DNA of 64,000 bases. Origin: Eledone cirrhosa. Its lineage: Eukaryota. Below the pieces are notes generated by a model. That model had not been told where the DNA came from. It searched no databases and saw only the letters and a list, made by a program, of their open reading frames with translations. Made by a program: the position numbers and the translations under genes. How positions within the stretch are numbered: the stretch's first letter is position 1; each line of letters opens with the position of its first letter. The stretch is from the NCBI GenBank assembly GCA_964016885.1, contig OZ024758.1, forward strand, positions 34,658,001-34,722,000, given 5' to 3'. Of the stretch, positions 63,001 through 64,000 are shown piece by piece.

Positions 63001-64000
63001 TGAGAATTCGTTTAAGTTCATGGTATTAGCTGTCAGAAGGAACGCCACTGTTGGTGAGAATTCATTTAAGTTCATGGTATTAGCTGTCAGAAGTAACTCC
63101 ACTGTTGGTGAGAATTCATTTAAGTTCATGGTACTAGCTGTCAGAAGTAACTCCAATGTTGGTGAGAATTCATTTAAGTTCATGGTATTAGCTGTCAGAA
63201 GGAACTCCACTGTTGGTGAGAATTCATTTAAGTTCATGGTATTAGCTGTCAGAAGTAACTCCACTGTTGGTGAGAATTCATTTAAGTCATTGTATTAGCT
63301 GTCAGAAGTAACTCCATTGTTGGTGAGAATTCATTTAAGTCATGGTACTAGCTGTCAGAAGTAACTCCAATGTTGGTGAGAATTCATTTAAGTCATGGTA
63401 CTAGCTGTCAGAAGTAACTCCAATGTTGGTGAGAATTCATTTAAGTTCATGTTATTAGCTGTCAGAAGGAACTCCACTGTTGGTGAGAATACATTTAAGT
63501 TCATGGTACTAGCTGTCTGAAGTAACCCCAATGTTGGTGAGAATTCATTTAAGTTCATGGTATTAGCTGTCAGAAGTCACTCCAATGTTGGTGAGAATTC
63601 ATTTAAGTTCATGGTATTAGCTGTCAGAAGTAACTCCACTGTTGGTAAGAATTCATTTAAGTTCATGGTATTAGCTCTCAGAAGTAACTCCACTGTTGGT
63701 GAGAATTCATTTAAGTTCATGGTATTAGCTGTCAGAAGGAACGCCCCTGTTGGTGAGAATTCATTTAAGTTCATGGTATTAGCTGTCAGAAGTAACTCCA
63801 CTGTTGGTGAGAATTCATTTAAGTTCATGGTACTAGCTGTCAGAAGTAACTCCAATGTTGGTGAGAATTCATTTAAGTTCATGGTATTAGCTGTCAGAAG
63901 GAACTCCACTGTTGGTGAGAATTCATTTAAGTTCATGGTATTAGCTGTCAGAAGTAACTCCACTGTTGGTGAGAATTCATTTAAGTCATTGTATTAGCTG
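60100..64000 (+). repeat. More variant-rich sub-domain of the same satellite with its own duplicated blocks (offsets 1941 and ~2963 bp)
   Basis: TTTACGTTC plus AGTAATTCCAAT at ~60857/62798 and ORF ends 61034/62975 (+1941); triple-delT runs at ~60325-60431 and ~63288-63394; many local substitutions. Confidence 0.75.

Larger units (their letters stand above)
1..64000 (+). repeat. 54-bp tandem satellite DNA array (EcoRI-site monomer), ~1186 complete monomers, running off both window ends
   Basis: Every line is made of copies of ATGGTATTAGCTGTCAGAAGTAACTCCACTGTTGGTGAGAATTCATTTAAGTTC, typically 0-3 differences per copy, all in the same orientation. The ORF track shows the same 18-aa period throughout. 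Strand is given only as the orientation of the written consensus. Confidence 0.99.

Noticed and set aside
109-63963. Minus-strand ORFs encoding (MNLNEFSPTVELLLTANT)n, superficially leucine-rich-repeat-like
   Set aside because: Same artefact. One of the commonest variants (AGTCAC) creates an in-frame TGA, and the 18-aa period does not fit the LxxLxLxxN LRR register. A Pfam/HHpred search of a concatemer would be the formal test.
35-63997. Plus-strand ORFs encoding (MVLAVRSNSTVGENSFKF)n, up to 1064 aa
   Set aside because: They follow automatically from a 54-bp unit with one stop-free frame. About 130 frameshifting indels and several stops are freely amplified, most common variants are non-synonymous, and there is no unique N- or C-terminus, promoter or splice context.
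1-64000. CRISPR-like reading (conserved part beginning GTT and ending AAC, with a short variable part)
   Set aside because: The variable part is only a few point variants of one sequence, not unique 25-45 bp spacers. There is no leader and no cas gene.
1-64000. Hidden insertions, inversions, transposon fragments, tRNA/5S units or telomeric repeats inside the array
   Set aside because: None seen on reading through. The monomer and indel count accounts exactly for the length from 35 to 63987, leaving no room for foreign sequence.
1-64000. Variable cassettes for antigenic variation or a diversity-generating system
   Set aside because: There is no expression locus, recombinase or reverse transcriptase, and the variation is fully explained by inherited point mutations plus block duplication.
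1-64000. Whole array as a sequencing or assembly artefact (rolling-circle concatemer or collapsed repeat)
   Set aside because: Structured, linked and hierarchically shared variants with private differences between blocks are not expected from random error on a single template. Individual young duplications still need read support.
1-64000. CENP-B box or assignment to a named satellite family or species
   Set aside because: The consensus lacks the CpG-containing TTCG....A..CGGG core, and I do not recognise the monomer well enough to name it without a database search.

Overview
The whole 64-kb window is one uninterrupted, head-to-tail, single-orientation tandem array (satellite DNA) of a 54-bp AT-rich monomer, consensus ATGGTATTAGCTGTCAGAAGTAACTCCACTGTTGGTGAGAATTCATTTAAGTTC (20/54 = 37% GC, one EcoRI site, no CpG). 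By hand count there are 1186 complete monomers between 35 and 63987. The only length changes are about 112 one-base deletions at one site (AAGTTC>AAGTC) and 21 one-base insertions at one site (AGCTG>AGTTTG), and the arithmetic closes exactly (1186x54-112+21 = 63953). I found no genes, RNA genes, transposons, CRISPR arrays, inversions or unique sequence. Every ORF in the track is a by-product of a 54-bp (3n) unit with a stop-free frame. The real information is in the order of monomer variants: a small alphabet of linked variants forms a conserved 4/7/8-monomer higher-order 'word', which is nested in successive 1-4 kb tandem block duplications and a ~9.2-kb offset repeat. Chimeric junction monomers and a left-to-right turnover of diagnostic variants are also visible. 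This resembles a eukaryotic (peri)centromeric or heterochromatic satellite under ongoing amplification and homogenisation. I cannot name the family or organism, and I see no evidence of a new protein-coding system.
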